Assembly: GCA_965279375.1 (NCBI GenBank)
Contig: OZ257156.1
Span: 2,560,001-2,624,000, forward strand
Reading direction: 5' to 3'
Length of the DNA: 64,000 nucleotides
Origin: Gemmatimonas sp.
GTDB taxonomy: Bacteria > Gemmatimonadota > Gemmatimonadetes > Gemmatimonadales > Gemmatimonadaceae
Shown: piece by piece, positions 26,019 through 35,800 of the stretch
Layout: each line of letters begins with the position of its first letter
Numbering within the stretch: position 1 is the first letter of the stretch
Position numbers and translations under genes: made by a program
Notes under the pieces: generated by a model
What the model was told of the DNA's origin: nothing
The model's input: only the letters and a program-made list of their open reading frames with translations
The model's database searches: none

Positions 26019-28247
26019 GTGGTCGCGGTGCTGCTCTGCGGGGCGCCGATGGTCTGCGCGCCGCTGTGGGCGCAGGATGTCACCTGCGACCGTGGCGACC
26101 GCGAAGTGCGGGCGCTGCGCTTCACGGGTAATCGCGAGTACACCGCGGCCTCGTTGGCCGCAACGGTGGCGACCGTACCGTCCTCATTCTCCGGGCTGCC
26201 GCTCATCGGGCAACGGCGATGCCTCGATCCGGTGGAGTTCGCGCGCGACGTGCAGCGTCTCGAGACGCTCTATCGCCGACGCGGCTTTCCCGACGTGCGC
26301 GTGGATACGACGGTGACCGTGCGCCGCCCCGGGATCATCGAGATCACCTTCCGCATCACCGAAGGACTGCCAATGCGCGTGACGGCGTTCAGCCTGCGCG
26401 GCGCCGATCGTGACAGCGCGGTGCAGGTGGCGGCGCGCGACTTCCCGTTGCGTGTCGGCGGCGTGTTCGATCGTGGCGCGCTGGAAGCAGGACGCGATAC
26501 GTTGCTCAAGCGGCTGCGCAATCTTGGCTGGCCGCAAGCCGAGGCGTTGTTGGCGTACACCACCAACACGGCGGAGCGCACGGCTGATGTTGAAGTGACC
26601 GTGGTGCCGGGTACGCGGGCGCGTATCGGCCGCATCGCCATCGTCGTGGACACGACCGATACCGGCAATCGTCGTGTGTCCGATGCGACGATTCGTCGCA
26701 CGATGGCGTTGCGCAGCGGTGACTGGTATTCGGCGCGCGCGATCATCGACGCGCAGCGCAATCTGTATCAGACCGACGCGTTTCAGCGCGTCGATCTGTT
26801 GCCCGACAGTTTGCAGCCGGCGGGCGATTCCACGGTCAACCTCGTGGCGCATCTCGTGGAAGGCGATGCGTGGGCCGCACGCAGCGGGTTCGGGTGGGCA
26901 ACGCTCGACTGCTTCCGCATGCAGGGATCGCTCACCGATCGCGATTTTCTGCCGATGGCGCAGCGTTTCGAGTTGACGGCGCGCGTCAGCAAGATCGGCA
27001 TTGGCGCGCCACTGGATGGCGCACCGTCGTTGTGTCAGGGGCAGGCGCGCACTGACCCGTACAGCAAGACGCTCAACTACTACACGGCGATGACGATCAG
27101 TCAGCCGGTGCGCGCCAAGCAGTCGCGCGTGCCCACGCTGACGGTCTTCAGCTCGACACTTTCGGAGTATCGCGCGTTCTTGCGGCGCGCCCCGATCGGC
27201 GGCGCGGTGTCGATCACCAATCCGCTGCAGCAAAAGATCCCGACGACGGTGTCGTATCAGGTGGAGCTTGGGCGCACAGAAGCGGAGCCGGCGTTCTTCT
27301 GTGCCGTCTTCAACGCGTGCGAGGCCGAATCGCGAAGCTTCCTGCAGCGCAACAATCGGCTGGCTGCCCTCGAGTATTCGATCGCGCGTGAGCGCGTGAA
27401 CGACCCGTTGCGGCCCACCGGCGGCAGCACGCTGCGTGGCGGCCTGCGGTACGCCTCGACGATCATCGGCTCGGACCGCTCGCAGCAGTTCACGCGCGGC
27501 ACGGCTGATGCAACGTGGTTTCACGATGTCGGGCGCAACATCACGCTCGTGGGCCATCTGCGTGGCGGCTTGGTATTCGGCGCTGGACAGACGCCCGCGT
27601 TCAGCAGCTACATCCCGCCGCAGGAACGGCTGTACGCCGGCGGTCCCACCACGGTACGCGGCTTTCGGCAAAACGAACTCGGACCCGCCGTCTACATCGT
27701 GGACGGCTATCGCACGGTGACCGAAGGCGGGCGCACGTACTTCCGTGCGGACTCCGGGAGCACGCAGGAGCGCGTGGTGCCGACGGGTGGCAATGCGCTG
27801 TTCGTGGCGAACGTGGAAGTGCAGGTGCCAAGTCCGGTCGCGCCCAAGCTGCTGCAGTTGGCCGCGTTCGCCGATGCGGGTCGTCTGTGGAACCGGAAGG
27901 GAACGTCGCAGCTCGCGGCGGTGACCGAAGGCGATGCGGCAGTGAAGATCACGCCGGGGTTGGGGGTGCGAATCGTGTCGCCCTTTGGCTCGATTCGCGT
28001 CGACCTGGGCTACAACCCATCTCGACTGCCGGCGGGTGCGGCGTACTACAACGCGCCGCTGCAAGCGGGAATTGCCCCGTTGTATTGCGTGAGCCCGACC
28101 AACCTGTTGCCTGTTCGCGCGAGTACGACAGCAGGCGTGCCGCCGCTGCAGGATGCGGGACCGTGTCCGGCGTCGTTTCGCCCGGAGCGGCGCGCGGGAC
28201 TGCTCGCGCGGTTGAATCCGAGCATCTGGATCGGGCAGGCGTTCTAG
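26019..28247 (+). CDS. tamA: Omp85/BamA-TamA family outer membrane protein
   Basis: POTRA repeats (FTGN, YRRRGFPD), YAGGPTTVRGF (VRGF loop), SPFGSIRVDLGY, C-terminal IGQAF; abuts tamB. Confidence 0.85.
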   Translation: MVAVLLCGAPMVCAPLWAQDVTCDRGDREVRALRFTGNREYTAASLAATVATVPSSFSGLPLIGQRRCLDPVEFARDVQRLETLYRRRGFPDVRVDTTVTVRRPGIIEITFRITEGLPMRVTAFSLRGADRDSAVQVAARDFPLRVGGVFDRGALEAGRDTLLKRLRNLGWPQAEALLAYTTNTAERTADVEVTVVPGTRARIGRIAIVVDTTDTGNRRVSDATIRRTMALRSGDWYSARAIIDAQRNLYQTDAFQRVDLLPDSLQPAGDSTVNLVAHLVEGDAWAARSGFGWATLDCFRMQGSLTDRDFLPMAQRFELTARVSKIGIGAPLDGAPSLCQGQARTDPYSKTLNYYTAMTISQPVRAKQSRVPTLTVFSSTLSEYRAFLRRAPIGGAVSITNPLQQKIPTTVSYQVELGRTEAEPAFFCAVFNACEAESRSFLQRNNRLAALEYSIARERVNDPLRPTGGSTLRGGLRYASTIIGSDRSQQFTRGTADATWFHDVGRNITLVGHLRGGLVFGAGQTPAFSSYIPPQERLYAGGPTTVRGFRQNELGPAVYIVDGYRTVTEGGRTYFRADSGSTQERVVPTGGNALFVANVEVQVPSPVAPKLLQLAAFADAGRLWNRKGTSQLAAVTEGDAAVKITPGLGVRIVSPFGSIRVDLGYNPSRLPAGAAYYNAPLQAGIAPLYCVSPTNLLPVRASTTAGVPPLQDAGPCPASFRPERRAGLLARLNPSIWIGQAF

Positions 28248-31200
28248 ATGGCGCCGCGCCGCCGGACCGTCGTCCTCGCCACGGCGAGCGTGTTGCTCGC
28301 CATCGGTGCCGTGTGCGTCGGCGGCGTTGCGATGCTGACACAAACCGACTGGGGGCGTGCGCTGATCATGCGCGCACTCGTGCCCACGCTGTCGGCGGCG
28401 CTGCCGGGCAAGCTGTACGTGGGGCGCGTGAGTGGCACACTCTTCACCGACATCACTGTCGACTCGCTCGAGATTCGCGAGCCGAACGGTGCGCCGTTCG
28501 TGGCCACGGGACCGATTCACCTCACGTACGATCCGCGTGATCTGCTCGACCGGCGCGTGGTGATCAAAACGCTCGATGTGCAGCGGCCACGCATCACGAT
28601 GGTGGACTACGGCAACGATGACTGGAACTGGAAGCGCGCGTTGCGTCGCAACGGTCCCAAGCTGCCGGAACGACCGGGCTCGTTCGGTCAATTCATCGCG
28701 ATCGATACCGCCGCCATTCACGAGGCCTCGCTCACGTTGCGCCTGCCGTGGATTCCTGCGGACTCGCTCAAGGGCGCAAAGCTGGACAGCGCGATTGCGT
28801 TCGAAACCACGCGATTGGATGGCGAGATCCGCCGGGATGGCAAGCGATTCGTGCGCGTATGGCGCTTCGTGCGTGGTGACCTGGCGCTCGGTCGCTCGCG
28901 TATCGCCGATCCGGACTCCGCCGGCCTCAAGCTGGCGATGCGGAAGTTCGACGTGGTGTGGGTGTATCCTCCGTTCTGGTTCCGCAACATGCGCGGTACC
29001 GTGCGCAAGCTCAGCGACACGCTGTGGGTGGATGGCGCGACGTTCAACCTCGCCAATTCTGCCGCACACGGAAAAGCGAAGGTGGTGTGGGGCAGCGGGC
29101 TGCCGATTCGCTACGACATCCGCCTGACCGGCGATACCGTCGCGATGGCCGACGTAGCGTGGATCGATCCGTCGCTGCCGGCGACGGGCGGTGGCACGAC
29201 GTTGCTCGACATTCGCAACGACCCGAAGAATCTGAACGTGCTCGAATACGTGATTCGCAACATGGACGCCAAGTCCATGCGCTCGCGAGTACGCGGCAAC
29301 ATGACGTTCGCCGTGGGCGGCCCGGTGCTTCGCATCAGCGATGTGGACGTGGAGCTGCAACCGGCCAACACCGACCTGCTGCGCCACTTCAACCTCGAGC
29401 CGTTCCCTTACGACTGGCAGGGTGACCTGACCGGGCACATCGTCGCGCGCGGTGGGCCGGTCAATCGCTGGATGATGGATCAGGCGAAGCTCTCCTTCGC
29501 GGACGCGCACGTCCCAGGCGCGGTGTCTCGTGCGACGATTGCGGGGATGCTCAACATCTACCAGCCGTCCGAAGCGATTCTCTACGACGTGGGCCTCGAG
29601 ATCGAACAGCTCGACCTCCGCACGCCGCGCTTCGTCAATCCGCTGTTCCCGGAGCTCAATGGCTTCATGCGCGGATCGATGCGTCTCGACTCGCTTTGGT
29701 ACGACGGCGTCTTCCGCGAGGCGAGCCTCGATCACGTGGACGGCATCGGCCAGCCGTCGCACTTCACCGGCGCGGGCAACTACACGCTCCTCGACGAAGG
29801 CGTGCGCTTCGATGTCGAGATGCAGGCGGCGCCGCTCTCCTACACCACGCTGTCGCGCTCTTACCCTGCGTTGCCGTTGCGAGGCAGCGCGGTCGGCAGC
29901 ATCAAGGCGAGCGGCATGGCGGAAGACTTCGCGGTGCGCGCCACGCTGGCCGGCGAAGGTGGCGAACTGGCGTTCGACGGACGCGCCGACGCACTCGAGC
30001 CGGACTTCGGGGCGACGGGCAGCTATCGCATGCTGGGAGTGAATCTGCAGTCGCTCTTCGGCGACTCGAAGTTTCCCGTTACATCGCTGACGATGGGCGG
30101 CGACGTGGCACTGCGTGGCGCCGACGTTGCCTCGTTGCGTGGCCCGTTGCGTGTCACGGTGGATCAGTTCTCGCGCGTGGCCGACGCGCGCATCTTCAGC
30201 GGAACGGCGCAGGTCGTCTTCGACTCCGGGCACGTACGCGTCGACACGCTGACGCTGGAAAGTTCGGCGCTGCGGTTCGCGGCGCGCGGTGGCATCGGAC
30301 TGCTCGCTGCCCGTCGTGATTCGCTCAGCTTCTCCGTTGCCATCGACTCGCTGGGTGGCCTGAGACCTTGGCTGCAAAGCAACGACCCGGCCGCGCCTGG
30401 CTTCGTGCTGGCCGACGATACGCTTCGCGGCACCGTGGAAATGCGAGGTCGGGTGGTGGGCTCCATCGACTCGCTCGACGCGGTGGGGTTGGGCGTGGAC
30501 TTGCGCGCTGATGTGTCCGGGCTCGTCGTGGCCAGCTCGCGTGCTCAACGCGCGAGCATGACTGCCGACGTGCAGGACCTGCTGCGCAAGTTCACCGGCG
30601 GCGTACAGTTCACGGTCGATTCGGCGCGTCTGGCCAGCATCGACGTGGCGTCGGCCGCAGGTCGCTCGACACTGCGCGATGGCCTCGCCGAAACGTTCGC
30701 GCTGGAAATGCGCACGCCGTCCGAGTCACGCGTCGCGTTGCATGGTGGCGTGGCCAGACGCGGCGACACGAGCACGGTGACGCTCGACTCACTGAACATT
30801 CGCGTCGACAGCGGGTTCGCGCGTCCGCGCGGCTTCTCGCTCGCCGCACCGGCCGTGCTGCAGGCTCTTCCCGGCGCGACCGGCTCACTCGATTCGCTGG
30901 TCCTGATCCACACCGACACCGGTCGCATCTCGCTACGCGGTTCGCTGGGTGACTCGGGTGTGCTGCGCGGCCGCATGGACATGGATCGCGTGCCACTCGC
31001 CGACGTCGGGCGGCTGCTGCGTACCAGTCAGCTCGGCGGCGGCACGGCCACGGCGGAGATGACGATTGCCGGCACGCGCGAGCGCCCAAAGCTCGATGGC
31101 ACGGTGCTGCTGCGTGATGCGCTCGCGTCGCGGGTACGCTTGGGTGAACTGACCGCGAAGGCGCACTACGACTCGCTGCGGCTGGGCGTCGAAGCTGCAC

Positions 31201-32813
31201 TCAAGGTGGATGGACGCCCCGCGCTGCAGGCCACTGCCTCGCTGCCACTCGATCTCGCGGTCATGCGCGGGCGCGCGCGGCAGCTCGACGAGCCGCTCAG
31301 CGGACGCATTCAGAGCAATCGCGCCGATCTGTCGTTGCTGGAATCACTGTTCCCGGATGTCAGTCGAGCCCGAGGTCGCCTGTCCACCGATGTGCAGCTC
31401 GCCGGCACATGGAGCAAGCCGCATCTGCGTGGACAGATCTCGATGGACAGCGCGTCGCTGTCGCTCGACAATCTCGGCATTCGACTGGAGCAGGCCCGCG
31501 CCGACATCGGCCTCGCCGGCGACACCGTCTACGTGCGCCGCTTCGGCGCCACCAGCGGCTTGCCACAGGATTCGCTCGGCATCAGCGGCTACGTCAGCTA
31601 CTCCGATCCGGCGAATCTGTTTTTCGACTTGAAGCTGGCGGCCAACAACTTCCTTGCCATCGACAAGGCACGCACCGCGTCGCTCACGCTCACCACCACC
31701 ACACCGGTGTCGTTGGTTGGGCCGAGTACGTCGCCGCGCGTGCGCGGTGCGCTGCGGATCGATCGGGGGCGTGTCTACATCAACGCGTTGGCGCAACGTC
31801 GCGGGCTCGATCTCAACGAAAGCTTTGACGTCATCGACACCGCGCGCCTGGGAATGAATGCGCTGTTGCCGAGTGGGCCGAATGCGCTCGTGAAGAACCT
31901 GCAGCTCGAGAATGTCCGGGTGAGCATCGGCGACGACGTATGGCTGCGTTCGCCCGAAGCGAGCCTCAAGATGGGCGGCGCACTGCGCGTGACGCGCGCG
32001 GCAGGTCGTGATGGCGGTGACGCGAGACTCACGCTGGCCGACTCGCTCACCGTCGAGCGTGGCACGTATCAGCTCAACCTTGGCATCGCGCGCCCGAGCT
32101 TCGAAGTGGAGCGCGGCGTGGTGCGCTTCTTCGGCGACCCGGATCTTGAGCCGGCGCTCGACATCACGGCGCTGCACACGGTGCGTGAGACGCGCGCGAA
32201 CTCCAATCGGCAGAACGTGCGCATTCGTGTGGCGATTGGCGGCACGCTCGATCGCCCGACGCTCGGGCTCACGAGCGCGGACAATCCACCGCTCCCCGAG
32301 AGCGACATGCTCAGCTATCTCGTCACCGGCGAGCCGGCGTACGCGCTTCTGGGTAGCACTCCCTACGCCGAACAGGGAGCCACGCTCGCCCTGCGTCTGG
32401 CGAGCAGCTACCTGTCCAGCCGGCTCGCCGGCGGCCGATTCGACGTGGTGCAGGTGGAGCCGACCGCGCTCGCTCCGGGAGAGGCAGCCAACCTGCGCGG
32501 CAACGGCCTCGGCATCCTGGCGGCGACGCGCGTTGGACTCGGGGGACAAATCGCCCGCAACACCTATTTCACCTTCAGCACCGGCCTCTGCGGACTGGCG
32601 CCGCAGTCGTCGGGCGGTGGCGATGCGCTCTCGCTGTTCGCGCGGGGGCTCGGTGCCAAGATCGAGCGCCGGTTCGATGGCGGGCGGTCGCTCTCGCTCG
32701 GGTTGGAGCCGGGGTCGAGCGCGCAGGCGTGTGGTCGGCTGGGCATCTCTCGCACCTTCCAGCAGACCCCGACGCAGATCGGCTTCGACTTCTTCCGCAC
32801 CTGGACCTTCTGA
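28248..32813 (+). CDS. tamB: Translocation and assembly module TamB (AsmA-like, DUF490)
   Basis: N-terminal anchor, 1521 aa beta-rich body, C-terminal DUF490-like region (GDPDLEPALDITA, IGGTLDRPTL, DMLSYLVTG). Confidence 0.88.
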   Translation: MAPRRRTVVLATASVLLAIGAVCVGGVAMLTQTDWGRALIMRALVPTLSAALPGKLYVGRVSGTLFTDITVDSLEIREPNGAPFVATGPIHLTYDPRDLLDRRVVIKTLDVQRPRITMVDYGNDDWNWKRALRRNGPKLPERPGSFGQFIAIDTAAIHEASLTLRLPWIPADSLKGAKLDSAIAFETTRLDGEIRRDGKRFVRVWRFVRGDLALGRSRIADPDSAGLKLAMRKFDVVWVYPPFWFRNMRGTVRKLSDTLWVDGATFNLANSAAHGKAKVVWGSGLPIRYDIRLTGDTVAMADVAWIDPSLPATGGGTTLLDIRNDPKNLNVLEYVIRNMDAKSMRSRVRGNMTFAVGGPVLRISDVDVELQPANTDLLRHFNLEPFPYDWQGDLTGHIVARGGPVNRWMMDQAKLSFADAHVPGAVSRATIAGMLNIYQPSEAILYDVGLEIEQLDLRTPRFVNPLFPELNGFMRGSMRLDSLWYDGVFREASLDHVDGIGQPSHFTGAGNYTLLDEGVRFDVEMQAAPLSYTTLSRSYPALPLRGSAVGSIKASGMAEDFAVRATLAGEGGELAFDGRADALEPDFGATGSYRMLGVNLQSLFGDSKFPVTSLTMGGDVALRGADVASLRGPLRVTVDQFSRVADARIFSGTAQVVFDSGHVRVDTLTLESSALRFAARGGIGLLAARRDSLSFSVAIDSLGGLRPWLQSNDPAAPGFVLADDTLRGTVEMRGRVVGSIDSLDAVGLGVDLRADVSGLVVASSRAQRASMTADVQDLLRKFTGGVQFTVDSARLASIDVASAAGRSTLRDGLAETFALEMRTPSESRVALHGGVARRGDTSTVTLDSLNIRVDSGFARPRGFSLAAPAVLQALPGATGSLDSLVLIHTDTGRISLRGSLGDSGVLRGRMDMDRVPLADVGRLLRTSQLGGGTATAEMTIAGTRERPKLDGTVLLRDALASRVRLGELTAKAHYDSLRLGVEAALKVDGRPALQATASLPLDLAVMRGRARQLDEPLSGRIQSNRADLSLLESLFPDVSRARGRLSTDVQLAGTWSKPHLRGQISMDSASLSLDNLGIRLEQARADIGLAGDTVYVRRFGATSGLPQDSLGISGYVSYSDPANLFFDLKLAANNFLAIDKARTASLTLTTTTPVSLVGPSTSPRVRGALRIDRGRVYINALAQRRGLDLNESFDVIDTARLGMNALLPSGPNALVKNLQLENVRVSIGDDVWLRSPEASLKMGGALRVTRAAGRDGGDARLTLADSLTVERGTYQLNLGIARPSFEVERGVVRFFGDPDLEPALDITALHTVRETRANSNRQNVRIRVAIGGTLDRPTLGLTSADNPPLPESDMLSYLVTGEPAYALLGSTPYAEQGATLALRLASSYLSSRLAGGRFDVVQVEPTALAPGEAANLRGNGLGILAATRVGLGGQIARNTYFTFSTGLCGLAPQSSGGGDALSLFARGLGAKIERRFDGGRSLSLGLEPGSSAQACGRLGISRTFQQTPTQIGFDFFRTWTF

Positions 32814-32879
32814 GCGCGGCCGTTCCGAGGCGCGCCATGACTGTTTCGGCAGCGTCGGCCACTCGTCTTGAGATAGCCG

Positions 32880-35800
32880 ATGCATCACACGATCGACCCC
32901 TACTCGCCCCAGGTGCCGCCTCCGCACGCCACCCCGCCTCAGGCCCACCCACCGCTCTCCGACGCGTTTGACGCGATCGATGCGGCTGGGCCGGCGGCTG
33001 CGCGTATTCGGGCGGCCGCGGACGTGCTGGTCGCGTTCGGGTTCGAGCATGTAGCGATCACGCTCCGCGACGCCGCCCTCGGCACCACGGTTGCGGTCAC
33101 GCTCGGCGTCTGCGAGCCGGGCGCTCCGATCAGTGAGGCGCTGCAGTCGCTTACAGGCGCGGTCTGGCGACGCCGACTCGCCTACCTCGAGCGGACGCAC
33201 TCCGGCGACGTGTACGTGCTGGACGGGACTGATCCCTGGGTGGCCCGCGAGTTCTTCGGGACCGACCCCGATACGCGCCTCGACACTACGCGCTGGATTT
33301 CCACCGACCTGTTGCTCGGACTTGTACGCGGTCACGAGCGCGAGCTGCTGGGCATCGTCACACTGGCTACGCCGAGGTCAGGAGAGCGCCCGAACGCCGA
33401 GATGCTGCGCGACCTGGCGACGATCGTGCGGCACTTGGGTGCACGAATCGCGTACGACGCATTGGGCGGGTTGGCCCAGCAGCGCGCGGAACGGTTGCAG
33501 CGTCTGCAGGAAGCCGGCGCCGCGTTGGCGCGCTCACTCGATGAGCACGAGATCATGCGTGAGCTCGCGCGACAGGCGCTGCGCGTCACGCGAGCCGACG
33601 GCGTGTCGATTTCGTTCCCGGACCTCAAGCAGGACATCCTGATCACGGCGCACTCGCAGGTGCGCGGCGTGGATCGGCAGCGTGGACCGTCGCGACTCGG
33701 CGATGGAATTATCGCCGAGGTCGCGCGCACTGGGCGGCCGGTGCGCGTGGGCGACCGTGAGGCAGATCGTGCGCGAGAGCGCGCCGGACTGTCGTTGCCG
33801 CTGTCGATGCACGACGTCGTTGGCGATGCGTCGCCCGCTGCGTCCGTGCTCGCGGTCCCGCTCATCGCGGGCATTCAGCTCGTCGGCGTGCTGGTCGTTT
33901 TCGCGGCGTCGCGCGAGGTGTACAGCGCGGAGGATCAGGAAGTACTGGCCACGATGGCCTCACAGGCGGCGACCGCGATTGCCAACGCGCGCCGCTACGC
34001 CGAGAGTGAGCGCGAGCGTCGGCAGACGGAAGCGCTGGCCGAAGTCGCGCGCGCGGTGAGCGAGTCGTTGCGCCTCGGCGAGGTGTTGCGGCTCATCCTG
34101 CGCCACGCCGTTGCGCTGCTTGGCGCCGAGGGTGCGTGCATCGCGCTCCGTCACGATGACTACCTGCATATCGTGGCTGCCGTTGGTGCGGCGGATGTGC
34201 TGGCGGGTGTGCACCTGCCGGTGGCAAACAGCCTGTTGGGGCACGCCGTCACGACGCACGAGCGTATCGTTTCCAACGACTTCCAGCTCAATCCCAACGC
34301 CAGTCGCGCGATTCTGCACCTCGCCGACATTCAGCGGACGGTCATTGCGCCGCTGGTGAGCGGTGAGGGGACGATCGGCGCGATCGCGGTCATCAATCGC
34401 GACGAGCCGTTCCGCGATGACGATGGTCGCATTCTGCAGCGGCTGGCGGACCATGTCGCCGTCGCCATCGTCAACGCGCGCCTCTTCGAGGAGGTCGAGC
34501 GCGCGACGCGCGAGTGGAAGCTCGCGTTCGATTCGATCGCCAGCGGTGTCGTGGTGCTCGACGAGTGGCGGAAGGTTCGTCGTTGCAACGCGCGCGCGGC
34601 CGAGTTGTGTGCCGGCACAATTGCGACGTTGCTGGGCGAGCGATTTGGTGAGGCGCTGCTGGGCGATGCGGGCGCCCGCGAGGATCATCCGCTGTCGATG
34701 CTCATCTCGCGGTCGCTGGAAGGCGAGCTGCCGGTACGCGATATCATCGTGGATGCGCGCAATGCGCGTCTCTTTGAAATTCTCGTGGCGCCCCATCCAG
34801 ACGGCTGTGTCGTCACGTTCGATGACGTGACGTCGGCGCACCGTCTTGCCGAGCAGCATCGTCGAGTGCTGGAGACCGTGACCGACGCCATCGTGATCAC
34901 CGGACTCGATGGGCGCATCGCGTTCGCCAATCCCGCGGCGCACGAGCTCTTCGCGCAGCCGGCATTGCTTGGCTCGCGGGCGAGCGAGTTTGTCGCGCCG
35001 GAGTCGCTGTCGTCGGTGCAGTCGTTCGAGCGCAAATCGCGCGCGGGTGCGACGCAAAGCTACGAATGCACCGTGCTGCGCTCGGATGGCGCCAAGCGAC
35101 TCGTGGCGGTCAGCAGTGCGCCGCTGGTGGAAGTGGGCAAGGTCACGGGAACGGTCGCCAGTCTGCGCGATCTCACCGACCAACGAGCGGAGGCGCTGGC
35201 GCTCGCGCGGTCGGAATCTCGCTATCAGCAGCTCGTCGAGTCGGCGAGCGATGCGATCTTCACGGTGGACGTTCAGGGCAACTTTACGTCAGTGAATCAG
35301 GCGATGCTGACCGAGTCTGGGCTCACGCGCGAGGAGCTCATCGGCGTGTCCTGCACGTCGCTGGTGGACGCACTGGATGTGCCAGCCGTCGAGCGATTGG
35401 TCGCACACATTTTTGCGGGCGGCAAGGATCGGCTGGAGCTTCGCTTCCGGTCGCGCGGTGGTGCGATGCGCGTTGGCACCGTCACGACCGCACCGATTCT
35501 CGAGGACGGCGTAGTGGTCGGCGCCTTGGGCATCCTTCGCGACATCACCGAACAGGAGATCTCTCGCGAGTCGTCGGCGCAGCAGGAGCGCCTCGCCTCA
35601 GTGGGGCGCATGCTGAGTGGTGTGGCCAACGAATTGAACAATCCGCTGGCGAGTTTGCTCGCCGTGGCGGAGCTCGAAGCGGCTACAATGGCGCCGCAGG
35701 CGTCGCATCAGCCGGTCATCGCGCAGATTCTCGACGAAGCGCAGCGCGCATCCCGGATTGTAGCGCAGCTGCTCGAGTCTACAGTCAGCGGCGGCGCGGA

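Noticed and set aside
26184..30548. 1454-aa minus-strand ORF
   Set aside because: Antisense shadow of tamA/tamB. Arg/His-rich with no motifs, as expected from high-GC codon bias.
31344..33335. 663-aa minus-strand ORF
   Set aside because: Antisense to tamB and the kinase; no recognisable domain.
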